A stretch of 64,000 bases of DNA from Azolla caroliniana (taxonomy: Eukaryota > Plantae > Polypodiophyta): the NCBI GenBank assembly GCA_043228905.1, contig JBHGNT010000017.1:4092001-4156000 (forward strand), given 5' to 3'. Made by a program: the position numbers and the translations under genes. The stretch's first letter is position 1. Each line of letters opens with the position of its first letter. Positions 36,687-47,747 of the stretch are shown one piece after another. The notes under the pieces are model-generated. The model was not told where the DNA came from and made no database searches. It was given only the letters and a program-made list of their open reading frames with translations.

Positions 36687-39600
36687 TGTTAAGAAAACGT
36701 GAAGAAGGCACTCGGGCTCTTCTTATGTGCGCGGCGGATCGTAGTGTGCTGGATCGTTAGCGTGCTCTAAACAGACAGAGAAAGGAAAGGGGACTTACCT
36801 CTGTAGTAGCAAAATGGTTTTCTTCTATTACATGTAGAGCTCAACTTGCTCTCGTCAGTCTTCTGGTCTCTCACTCTCTCTCAGAGTTCTCTACTCACTA
36901 TTCTCTATTTTTTCTTACTACTTACTTCCTATTCACTCTCACTTACTTTTACCTAAGTCATAAGTTATTGCACATGCAGCTAATTAGCTGCCAGTAGCTA
37001 ATTAGTTGTCAGTCGCTAAATAGCTGTTCACTAGCTAATTAGCTGTCACTAGCTAAATAGCTGTTCAGTCGCTAATTAGCTGTCCATAGCTAAATAGCTG
37101 TTTTACCTTTTTGTTCACTAGTAGCTAAATAGCTACTATAGCTTATTTCTCATAAGCATCACATACCATGTTGAGCTTGCTTCTCAACACTCCCCCTCAA
37201 GCTCAACTTATTCTTGCTTGAGGTTCTCTTCAATCTTCTTTTCCATTTTGCTTTTTAGCCATCTCATCAATGTTTACAACTCCCATCATGTTCCGAAACT
37301 GTGTATGCTTTTCCACACTCAATCCCTTCGTAAGGATATCAGCAACCTGCTGATTTGTATTCACATACACCAGATCAACTTCACCTTCCATCACTTTTTC
37401 TCTAACAAAGTGATAATGCACCTCAATGTGCTTTGTTCTTGCATGGAACACTGGGTTCTTTGCAAGCTGAATGCTGCTCATATTGTCACACCAGATTGTG
37501 ACAGCACCATCTATATATACTCCCAGATCAGCAAGCAGTCTTCTGATCCATACTTCTTCACATGTGGCTATTGCAGCCCCTCTATACTCAGCTTCTGTAC
37601 TGGACAATGCAACAGTAGCCTGTTTCTTGCTACTCCATGAAATTCCTGCACTTCCCAAGGTAAACATGTATCCACTTGTGGATCTCCTGACTGTTTGGCT
37701 TCTAGCCCAATCAGCATCTGTATATCCTTCCAGATTTATGTCCAAATCAGCCCTGTAAAACAATCCATAGTTCTGAGTAGCTTTTACATACCTCAGAATT
37801 CTTCTAATGCAGTCCAAATGTGGCTTTGTTGGCTGTTGCATAAACTGGCTGACTAATCCAACAGCATAGCTCAAATCAGGTCTTGTTATAGTCAAATAAA
37901 TAAGGCTGCCCACCATAGACCTGTACATGTTTACATCTTCTATCTTGGCTCCCAAATCAGCCCTCAACTTGCAGTTTTTATCAAGTGGTACAGCAATAGG
38001 TTTGCATCCAAGCATACCATACTTTTTCAACATAGTTGTTGCATACTGTTTTTGCAACATACATATACCACTTTCAGATCTGATGATTTCAATACCAAGA
38101 AAATATCTCAGATCTCCCAAATCTTTCATATGAAACTGCATTTCCAGATTTTTTTTCAACTTTCTTATTTCATCCACGGAATCTCCTCCAATAATCAAAT
38201 CATCTACATAAATCAGAATAATAACAATGCAATCATTTTCACTTTTTACATACAAAGAAGGATCAGCTTTTGACATTTTGAAACCAAGATTTTTCAGAGA
38301 ATCTGAAAGTTCTCTGTGCCATGCTCTTGGTGCCTGTTTCAGTCCATAGAGAGCTTTTTTCAGCTTACATACATAATCAGGTTGTTTCTTATCTTCAAAA
38401 CCTGGTGGTTGACTCATATACACTTCTTCTTCCAAGTTACCATGTAAAAAAGCATTTTTTACATCCATGTGATGCAAAATCCATTTTCTGGCTGCTCCTA
38501 CAGCAAGTAGTGTTCTCAAGGTTGCCATCTTTGCAACCGGTGCAAAAGTCTCATCATAATCAATCCCTTGCATCTGAGCATATCCTTTTGCAACCAATCT
38601 TGCTTTATGTCTACTTACATTCCCATTGGAGTCATGCTTTGTCTTGTAGACCCATTTGCAGCCTACCACATTTTTCTCTTTTGGTAACTTCACTAAATCC
38701 CACGTTTTGTTCTCAGCCAATGCATCAATCTCTTCTTGCATTGCATCCATCCATTTCTTCTCAGATTTTGCTTCTTCGAAGTTGTTTGGGTCAGGGATCT
38801 GTACCACCTTAGACATGTATGCATAATGCATAGCCATGTATGTATCATACCCAAATCTTTCCACAGTCTTTTTCTCTCTATCTGATCTTCTCAGTTTCTG
38901 ATTTGCATTCTTTATTGCCTTTTCCATACCAGGGATTTTCATTTCTTGTATTCCAAGGAAATCATCCAAAGACATATCTGAATCTTCATCTTCCATGTTT
39001 TTTGATAGGTCATCCGGGATTTCATACTCTGGCATTTTCTGTTTTCCTTTTTTGTCATCAGATTTTTTCTGTCCAGTTTTTCCACTCCATGAATTTGAAT
39101 CAGATTTACCATCTGAGCTTTTTGATGGTCCAGAACATTCTGTTGATGTTGGACTTTGCTGTCCAACCTTGTCTCCATCTCTGTGACAGTCTTCTACATT
39201 TTCTGATCTGTCTTTGTCTTCATTTTGACAGTCTTCATCAGTCTCTAGATTCTGTTTTGGGCTGTACCAACTAGCCAACTCATCAAATATCACATCTCGA
39301 CTTGTCACAATCTTTTTAGTCACAGGGTTATAACATCTGTACCCTTTTTGTTCTTCTGAATATCCAACAAAGATACATTTTTCTGCTTTTGGATCCAACT
39401 TACTTCTTACTTCTGCAGGCACATGTACATATGCAAGGCATCCAAACACTTTCAAGTGTTGTAAGCTAGGCTTCCTGCCATAAAAACACTCTTCAGGAGT
39501 TGCCTCATGTACTCCTGATGTAATACATCTATTTAAAATGTAATTTGCTGTATTTACAGCTTCTGCCCAATAGTATAATGGCATGTTCTTCTCAGTCATC

Positions 39601-42197
39601 ACTGCCCTTGCTATGTTCACCAAAGTTCTGTTTTTCCTCTCAGCCACTCCATTTTGCTGTGGAGTATATCGGCATGTGAACTGTCTTCTTATTCCCTGAT
39701 TACACAAAAAATCAGAAAATTCATTGGAGAAATACTCTCCTCCTCCATCAGATCTCAAACATTTTATCCTAGTACCAGCCTGCTTTTCTACCATGCATTT
39801 AAACTTACGAAAACAGTCAAATACTTCACTTTTCTCCTTCATGAAGTACACCCATGTCTTCCGTGAACAATCATCAATAAATGTAACATAAAATCTGCAT
39901 CCACCAATAGATGCATTCTTTGTTGGTCCCCATACATCTGTATGTACCAAATCCAACAGATTTTTGCTTACATGTCTCTCATGAGGGAATGGCAACCTGT
40001 TTTGCTTACCATATTGACATGCTTCACATACTTTTCCCATTTCACACTTTTTCAAGTTTGGCAGTCCAGCCACTGCATCTTTTCTCAACATATTCTTTAA
40101 TGTTTGCATACTTATATGGCCAATCCTTTTATGCCACATTTCCACATCTGAGATTACACTCGTTCCATTTGCAAACATGGCTGAAATCTGTTTGGGCATT
40201 TCTACATCCAAGATAAACATTCTTCCTTGTCTCTTCCCTTTTGCAATGAGCTTCCCATTCTTTTCTATATAGCATCCACTTGGCTTAAACTTTACTTGCA
40301 TACCTTGCTCTACTATCTGTCCAACAGAAATCAGATTCTTAGCAAGATTTGGAACATGCATCACATCCAACATATACTTGGTTTTTCCTCTTTCTTCCCA
40401 CAATGGGATATCTCCAACATGTTTTATTTGGTGAGTTGTGTCATCACCTGTTTGTACATAACCAGGAACCTCTGGTTCTCTTAAACTCTCAAACCAATTT
40501 GCATGTCCAGTCATATGGTTAGATGCCCCCGAGTCTACATACCACGTAAACTCTTCATTACATTTCTGTGAGCTTTCAGCCACTGCTGCTATCTCATGTT
40601 GCACTACAAAAACACCTTCCTTTTCACAATCTTCACTAGTAGAGGCATAGTTACTCTGTTGTCCTTTTCCTCTTTTCTCATCATTTTGTTTCTTGTAACA
40701 TTCAGCCTGTGTATGGCCTGGTTTACCACAATACCAGCAGCCATCATCATTTACATAAGTTTGCTTACCTCTACCTCGGTTGCTCCCCCTGCCTCTGTTG
40801 TTGTTTCCTCCTCTATGAGCTTGTTGTCCTCTTCCTTGAAAGCCATTATTATTGGTTCTTCCTGAGCCAAATCTTCCATGGCCTCTTCCTCGGCCTCTTC
40901 CGGCATTATTATAGAGGGCTTGCCCCTCGTTCTCTGAGTTTCCTTTATTTGCATCATCCATCTGATTCCTTTCCTCTACCACAAGCATTGAGACCAGATC
41001 TGAAAAACTTGGGATACTATCCCTTGTGAGCATAGAAGTTTTAAAACTCTTGTATTGAGGTCCTAAGCCTCTTAAGCATATTTCCACTTTGTCATCATCT
41101 TCTATCTTCACATTGATAGAAGCAAGTGATTCACATATACTCTTGATTTTTAGGGCATACTCATTTATTGACATCTTACCTTTTTCTAAGGTATTTAGCT
41201 CAGTCTTCAACTGTAGCTTTCTAGCTTTTGTGTTTACTGCAAACAGTTTTACCAAACTGTTCCAAGCTTCTTTTGGGAGCATAGCATCCTGTATGTGCCC
41301 AAGCATCGAATCTGAGATGCTAAGTGAGAGCCAATGCATTACCTTCCTTGCCCCTTGATTCCAATCTTTGAATGCTTTAATCTGTGCTGCTGTGGCATTT
41401 TCTTCTGGGATCTCCGGAGCCTCTTCTAGGTCTCCTTCAATGTAATCCCAGTATCCTTTCCCCATTAGGAAATTTGTCATTCTAAATTTCCACGCCGGGA
41501 AATTGTTTTTATCTAGTTTCTCTATAACTATTTGGCCCGCATTCTCTGCAGCCATTATCTCTTCCAAACTAGGTTTTCTGTTACAATTACTTCAACAAGT
41601 AACTTTCTGATTCAGATCAGCAAACAGAGAAATACCTTTCTCAGATCTATGCACTTTTGTACTCTTCTTTATGAGCAACTCTGCTCTGATACCATGTTAA
41701 GAAAACGTGAAGAAGGCACTCGGGCTCTTCTTATGTGCGCGGCGGATCGTAGTGTGCTGGATCGTTAGCGTGCTCTAAACAGACAGAGAAAGGAAAGGGG
41801 ACTTACCTCTGTAGTAGCAAAATGGTTTTCTTCTATTACATGTAGAGCTCAACTTGCTCTCGTCAGTCTTCTGGTCTCTCACTCTCTCTCAGAGTTCTCT
41901 ACTCACTATTCTCTGTTTTTTCTTACTACTTACTTCCTATTCACTCTCACTTACTTTTACCTAAGTCATAAGTTATTGCACATGCAGCTAATTAGCTGCC
42001 AGTAGCTAATTAGCTGTCAGTCGCTAAATAGCTGTTCACTAGCTAATTAGCTGTCACTAGCTAAATAGCTGTTCAGTCGCTAATTAGCTGTCCATATCTA
42101 AATAGCTGTTTTACCTTTTTGTTCACTAGTAGCTAAATAGCTACTATAGCTTATTTCTCATAAGCATCACATACCATGTTGAGCTTGCTTCTCAACA
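36687..42197 (-). mobile_element. Element F: structurally intact Ty1/copia
   Basis: 503-bp LTRs 36687-37189 and 41695-42197; perfect TSD TGAGA (36682-36686, 42198-42202); iMet PBS 41683-41694; PPT TTGAGGGGGAG 37190-37200. Confidence 0.97.
37230..41567 (-). CDS. Element F Gag-Pol polyprotein (1445 aa, uninterrupted)
   Basis: CWYCGKPGHTQAEC, WYVDSGAS, HTDVWG/RSDGG/GVAER, HMDVKNAFL, IYVDD, YTDADWA, QVADILTK. Confidence 0.96.
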   Translation of the reverse strand: MEEIMAAENAGQIVIEKLDKNNFPAWKFRMTNFLMGKGYWDYIEGDLEEAPEIPEENATAAQIKAFKDWNQGARKVMHWLSLSISDSMLGHIQDAMLPKEAWNSLVKLFAVNTKARKLQLKTELNTLEKGKMSINEYALKIKSICESLASINVKIEDDDKVEICLRGLGPQYKSFKTSMLTRDSIPSFSDLVSMLVVEERNQMDDANKGNSENEGQALYNNAGRGRGRGHGRFGSGRTNNNGFQGRGQQAHRGGNNNRGRGSNRGRGKQTYVNDDGCWYCGKPGHTQAECYKKQNDEKRGKGQQSNYASTSEDCEKEGVFVVQHEIAAVAESSQKCNEEFTWYVDSGASNHMTGHANWFESLREPEVPGYVQTGDDTTHQIKHVGDIPLWEERGKTKYMLDVMHVPNLAKNLISVGQIVEQGMQVKFKPSGCYIEKNGKLIAKGKRQGRMFILDVEMPKQISAMFANGTSVISDVEMWHKRIGHISMQTLKNMLRKDAVAGLPNLKKCEMGKVCEACQYGKQNRLPFPHERHVSKNLLDLVHTDVWGPTKNASIGGCRFYVTFIDDCSRKTWVYFMKEKSEVFDCFRKFKCMVEKQAGTRIKCLRSDGGGEYFSNEFSDFLCNQGIRRQFTCRYTPQQNGVAERKNRTLVNIARAVMTEKNMPLYYWAEAVNTANYILNRCITSGVHEATPEECFYGRKPSLQHLKVFGCLAYVHVPAEVRSKLDPKAEKCIFVGYSEEQKGYRCYNPVTKKIVTSRDVIFDELASWYSPKQNLETDEDCQNEDKDRSENVEDCHRDGDKVGQQSPTSTECSGPSKSSDGKSDSNSWSGKTGQKKSDDKKGKQKMPEYEIPDDLSKNMEDEDSDMSLDDFLGIQEMKIPGMEKAIKNANQKLRRSDREKKTVERFGYDTYMAMHYAYMSKVVQIPDPNNFEEAKSEKKWMDAMQEEIDALAENKTWDLVKLPKEKNVVGCKWVYKTKHDSNGNVSRHKARLVAKGYAQMQGIDYDETFAPVAKMATLRTLLAVGAARKWILHHMDVKNAFLHGNLEEEVYMSQPPGFEDKKQPDYVCKLKKALYGLKQAPRAWHRELSDSLKNLGFKMSKADPSLYVKSENDCIVIILIYVDDLIIGGDSVDEIRKLKKNLEMQFHMKDLGDLRYFLGIEIIRSESGICMLQKQYATTMLKKYGMLGCKPIAVPLDKNCKLRADLGAKIEDVNMYRSMVGSLIYLTITRPDLSYAVGLVSQFMQQPTKPHLDCIRRILRYVKATQNYGLFYRADLDINLEGYTDADWARSQTVRRSTSGYMFTLGSAGISWSSKKQATVALSSTEAEYRGAAIATCEEVWIRRLLADLGVYIDGAVTIWCDNMSSIQLAKNPVFHARTKHIEVHYHFVREKVMEGEVDLVYVNTNQQVADILTKGLSVEKHTQFRNMMGVVNIDEMAKKQNGKED

Positions 42198-42835
42198 TGA
42201 GATGCCTGCAACCCATGGTAAAACTTATGTGAATTACAGTTGTGATCATGTACTTTATTTTTCATAGCCATCACTCGTGATTGTTGATAACTGCGAACCT
42301 CTAATACTTGTAAGGCCTACGACAATGTCTCTTGAATATCCAACAACACATCATCCAATGGAATCTTTACCAACAATGCATTACATCTATCTAGAAAGTG
42401 TTGTAACAAACTCATCTTTTGTTTACGAATTGATGCTTGATAAATTCCATAATATCGTGTAAACTGTTGAATATTGGAAAGAGAAATATCCCATGGCGAA
42501 ACACCGTGGACATTGACTTGTCTTGTAAACTCCCCCACCCATTGTCCCATAGCCTAGCTACCCTCATTTCATGAAGCTGGTTGACTACGTCGAGACTCTA
42601 TCTTGTGGTGGGTCAACTGTTGTAGCGAGCGCGCCAACACCAGGTACGACTTGACGCCATGGCGGTGGTATGGGACGCCGATCGAGGCTCGAGTCCGTCT
42701 TGATCCCTTCGCTCGAGGGTGGTCGGGTGGATCGGCACCCTTCTTTCTCTCTCTCCTTTCTTTCTATCTACCTAGATCTATCCTTATCTAATGCTTACTT
42801 TAGTACATGTCTCTAATAATTTCCGGTGTTTGATG

Positions 42836-43708
42836 TCATTCCGCCATGAAATGGCCTAAATGACCACATCGAAAGCAATGACCGGCAAATGATCCCCAAT
42901 GCAATTGGCAACGGAATGACCTCATCTCCTCAGTCTTTATGTTTAGCCACAAAGGTTTCTTTTTTGTTGTATTCCATAGCATACATAACCTATATCTATT
43001 ATATGCTTTGGCATTTGGGGCTACTATCACCTTTCCCAATTGTTCAATGACACCTTGAATTATAGGCCATAAAAACGAAAATTTACACTCTACCTCCACC
43101 CATATTGGACACTCTTGTTTCAAAATTTCCTGAAACTCAGCTAGTGGTTTCCAAGGGACAATATAGACTAAATTATTATTGTAAAAGACCGGCAAACGTG
43201 ATAACAATCTATCCCGTTGTTCTTCGGTTTGAAAAATGACCTCAAAAAACCCGCATGGACCTTTATACACATCTTCCACACTATTCCTACCAATCATTGC
43301 ATTTAGCCATTGCACCACCCAATTTACTAAAGGGTTTTTCCTTGTAAAGAAACAAATAATGCCTCTCTCATGAAACATGGAAAATGCCTTTAAGATTTCT
43401 CTACGTGGCATCTCCACCTCGACAATCTCATCCTCTTCTACATTGGCCACCATATCTGTATTATCCGGTAAAATCTCATGGAGTGCTTCATCATCAACTA
43501 CATGCATTACATCCCAATATTGCGCATTCCTCTCCTCCTCACCTTCTCCCATCACATGTGCATATGATGGTCTTGGCATCATATCTATATCCCCCTCATG
43601 CATATTATTAATGCCAATCTTTTGTTTCTTCAAAATAACCTCATCTTCTCCTTCTCCTCTCTTAATTTGTATTTGTCTCTCAATCATTCCTTCATCCATT
43701 GCTTCCAT
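42836..43708 (-). pseudogene. L1-type LINE ORF1 (DUF4283-like region plus truncated zinc knuckle)
   Basis: GFFEVIF..PW..PIWVE..LGKVI pattern and CFRCGHLGHFMAE ending in a stop at the last Cys; upstream of and co-oriented with the RT fragment. Confidence 0.8.
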
Positions 43709-43970
43709 ATATACTACGCCCCAATTATAAGGAAAAGGAAATTAATAGCAGGATGATTAACCTGAAATAGACACGATGACATTCGAGCTTGCCGTCGAAG
43801 AAGAATGTTGTTGTAGCACTTGCCCAATTATGTCGATGTAGCCGCGAATAATTGTTCCTCTCGCGTCTCCTCGTCCTTCTTCTCCTCCTCCTCCTCCTTC
43901 TCTTCCTTGTGATTTTCTAATTTTGTCCTACTTTGTTTCTCTGATTTTCTCATTTCTCCGACTCCTACTC

Positions 43971-44013
<43 letters not shown>

Positions 44014-46918
44014 TACACACACACGTTGAGACGACATCGCTTCACATTGAGATCATGGCCATGGAAAGGGTTGTTGACCACATGCTTAAAGTTCAGAAAA
44101 GTTCCTCACATCAACTTCCTAGAATCACATAGGAAACAAACAAAAAGATCCACAGTTAGATCAAAGCAACAACAAAAAATTCCGGTTGGATGCAAGATAT
44201 AGGAAAATGGTTTGGAAGATGGGATGCAACACACTTGTTTCATAATGCATCACTAGATTGCTCTGTAAATGAGGCCTTTTTGCAACAGCAATGTATTATG
44301 ACATGAAAAAAATGTGGAGGCTCATACATCACACATTATACTACATGTGTTGCACCTAAGAACAAAACGACATTCTTTGCCAAACGGGGAAACCGTACAC
44401 ATTGATACATGTTAGAGCCTATCCCATTGTCTGCCATCCAAACCATTGCTTCCATGAGATTTTAATCACACAATTGTGATGAGAATAGTCGACTATGCAC
44501 ACTTTGCCCAAAACAAGGAGTGTGAATATCACGCTTTGATACAATGCTTTGCCTTTGATTGCATTTGATTATGTTCTCCACAAACCACTGACCAAACCCA
44601 ATCTTTGCACGAATTTCTCTCACGGTCACAATGTGCACTCTAATTACAACGTTCATCGGTAGGATTCTTGAACATCGAGAGTTGTTACTCACTTTCACAT
44701 GTGTTACGTGAAATATAATATTTTTGGTCTCAAGACTCATAGGTCATATTTGACTCTTGATTGCACCATTCATCGGTAAAATTCTTGAACATCAAGAGCC
44801 GTTACTCACTTTCACATGTATTACATGAAATATAATATTTTTTGGTCTCATAGGTCATATTTGACCTCCGTAGAGAATCTATCTATCTCGTGGATTGCCA
44901 CCAATTCTCATACTAATCAATTGTATGAGCTTGTATAAACAAGGATTTCGTAAGTGTTGCTCTTTATTTGCTTAAGAGTTAAATGTTAATTGTTGAGCAC
45001 TTGGTATTGAGCACCCATAACCAACACGTGTAATTTGATATTGTTGCTTTTTGTAAGCTTCCAATGAGTTGATAAGGTTAAATATTAAGAAATTCCATGA
45101 ACAAAACAACAAGATGCATAAAGAGTTCCAACAAAATAATAGAGAGGTTTAAAATTTTTACTTAATAGAGTAATGAACAAGTTAGATTAGCTAATTTACT
45201 TGTTTAATATATATTCGTTATTATTAAATCTTATTTGTTGGGATAATAATTTGGAACTCTAATTAATAGAGTAGTGAACAAGTTTGTTTAGCGAATTTTC
45301 TTGTTATAATATTTATTCGTTAGTATTAAACCTTATCATAACTTTGCAGAAATAAGAAGTCTAGAAGATCTTATTATCAAAATTATGAACAACAATCCAC
45401 CCATGTAAGTAATGTTGTAGAAGAATACTTCAAGAAAGCATGTTCCTAGAGTTCCAAACTTTTTAATATACCTTTGAGCTTGATTTTGTCCAACCAAATG
45501 GATTTTACTCCAGAAAGTTTACTAGATATTAGTTACATATAATCAATGATCAACCCCAAGTTGTCAAATTATCCCCACGTGTATTCTTAGAGTGCACATT
45601 TTGTGATAGTGCCCCAAATGAAGAGTAGCTATTGTACAACCCGACCATATGTGTCAATAAGGTGCCAATGTAGAAAATCATAGATGAGTAAGACAAAATG
45701 TATTTAGGAAAGAATGAAGTAAGGTAACAGGATTGAGTAGTCAAATTGACTAGAAGAATATTCTATGGCAAGTTACGATGTACTTAGGCTTGAAGTACTA
45801 TCTAGCACTAGTTGGGTCATATTAAATGATAAGTTAGTTGACAGAAAAGGAATGTCTCAACTCTCCACTATTATCAACTAACTTGCACATTTTATGTGAT
45901 ATTGTGACCAAACAGAGAATATAATCAATCCAGACTCTCTATCTCTTACACAATAATTGTGACTATTATCTGTCCCCACTAATTGTGTAGTCGGCTAGTC
46001 CAAATCCCATCTAAGCTCTAAGGTGTAAGCGCATGGGCAAACTAACATTGCAAGCAACTCTCATTTGTAATGGAAAGTTTGTTTTCATATATACATCTTT
46101 GTGATTGTAACTCAATATGCATCTAATCGATTCTCAATATTTCTAACAATAGCATAAACAAAGGAGCCATCAAAAGAGTTGTTGGCAACGATATTATGTA
46201 AGGGAGCCAAAGGAACATCATTATATCCACTAGCCTTTAAATAGCTTTCTAGATACATCAAAGGTGCTTTGGCTAGCAAAAAGCACAATGCATTCAAGAA
46301 TTATGTGATACTTCTCCTTTTGGGATATGAAGCAAGCTTTTTGTGGATAACACACTTGGAGTATTTTTGGGTAAGACATAAATAAAAGGGGCTTACAAAA
46401 GGCAATTTTGTTTATTTAACCATTCCACTGTCCACATGGACATGAATACCTAGTAGTACCTTTAGAAATAGCTTGTTATATAGATCAATCATGCAAATGT
46501 ACATAAATATCTAGTGAGCTTTAAATAGCATGTTATGTATCCTAGGTCATATCTTCTCTTGGTTTCAAAAAATGTCCATACATTCAGCAATTTGGTGACA
46601 TCTTAAATGGTTCCATTTAACACATTCCAACGGTTGTCTCCAACACATTCAGCAACCCGGTAAATAATAGCCCCATGACTAAAACATCTTCAAGCATATA
46701 TATAGATTCTCTAAATATAAGTTAGCAATATCGAAAACCCATGTAATCATATGCATATTAAGTTAAATGATTACATGCTTAACGATGTTTAGTTAAATGA
46801 TGTTTCATTTAACTATACCCTTGGGAGTGAATTCTTTTCTGAGGCCAACAAACATATATGCCATAAAATATGTACGAGTATAAGTATCTACTTGGCTCAC
46901 ATAAGGGGGCACTGATTG

Positions 46919-47210
46919 CATCTTCAAATATGCATGCAATTTTCAATAAGAATACTAGTTACATACGTAAACATATGAGCAATGACTGCACACTATCACT
47001 ATTAATAATAAGAATGGTTATGGCATCTAGAAACATATATACGATGTATACTACAGTGAAGAATCATATAATACAAAACACCCATTGGAGCCATAAAGAT
47101 GATAATATGATCACATCTTCAAATATTCATTGCAATTTTCAATAAGAATACTAGTTACATACATAAACAGATGAGCAATGACTGCACACTGTCACTATTA
47201 ATAATAAACA
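46919..47210. repeat. Degenerate direct repeat (~195-bp period) downstream of the GTE gene
   Basis: CATCTTCAAATAT..TGCAATTTTCAATAAGAATACTAGTTACATAC..ATGAGCAATGACTGCACACT at ~46919 and ~47113. Confidence 0.75.
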
Positions 47211-47747
47211 CAATGTGAATGGTTACAGCATCTACAAAGAACAATGGTTGCATCTACAAACATATCCACCACTGAGGAATGATTCAATACCAAAACACCC
47301 ATTGTGACCACAAAGATGACGAACCAAATACCTTCAGAACTACTTTCGACAAATGAGTGCTATTTCAGCAACACTCATATGTTTAAATAATAAGACCAAT
47401 CGGTGCATCCACATATATGTCTGAAGTATCCCACCGTGAAGAATCATGCATTTTGCATCCACGATAACGAATAAATACCTTCAGAGTTCAACAAACGAGC
47501 ACTTGTTTCAATAACCTCCCATCTATAAGTCACTTGAAGAGATTGCCAACCTCAAATATTGATTAATCCAACCTTGAGAACAGATTGGATTCTGTTTCCA
47601 ATATGGACAGACAGGATCGACAAGACAAGACAATTCCCGTGAATATTATATTACAACCTCAATCATGTTACAAAACTTCCCATTAAAGAGGGAAATATAT
47701 ACACATAATTTAAATCCATGTCTGAAACGCCAATATGGATCTATAAT

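Noticed and set aside
36975-37145. Regularly spaced palindromic repeats resembling a CRISPR array
   Set aside because: Short degenerate units without unique spacers, inside a copia LTR in a eukaryote; no cas genes
44400-46800. Possible decayed DNA-transposon coding sequence, with a ~100-bp duplication at 44652/44770
   Set aside because: No recognisable motif or termini could be established by eye
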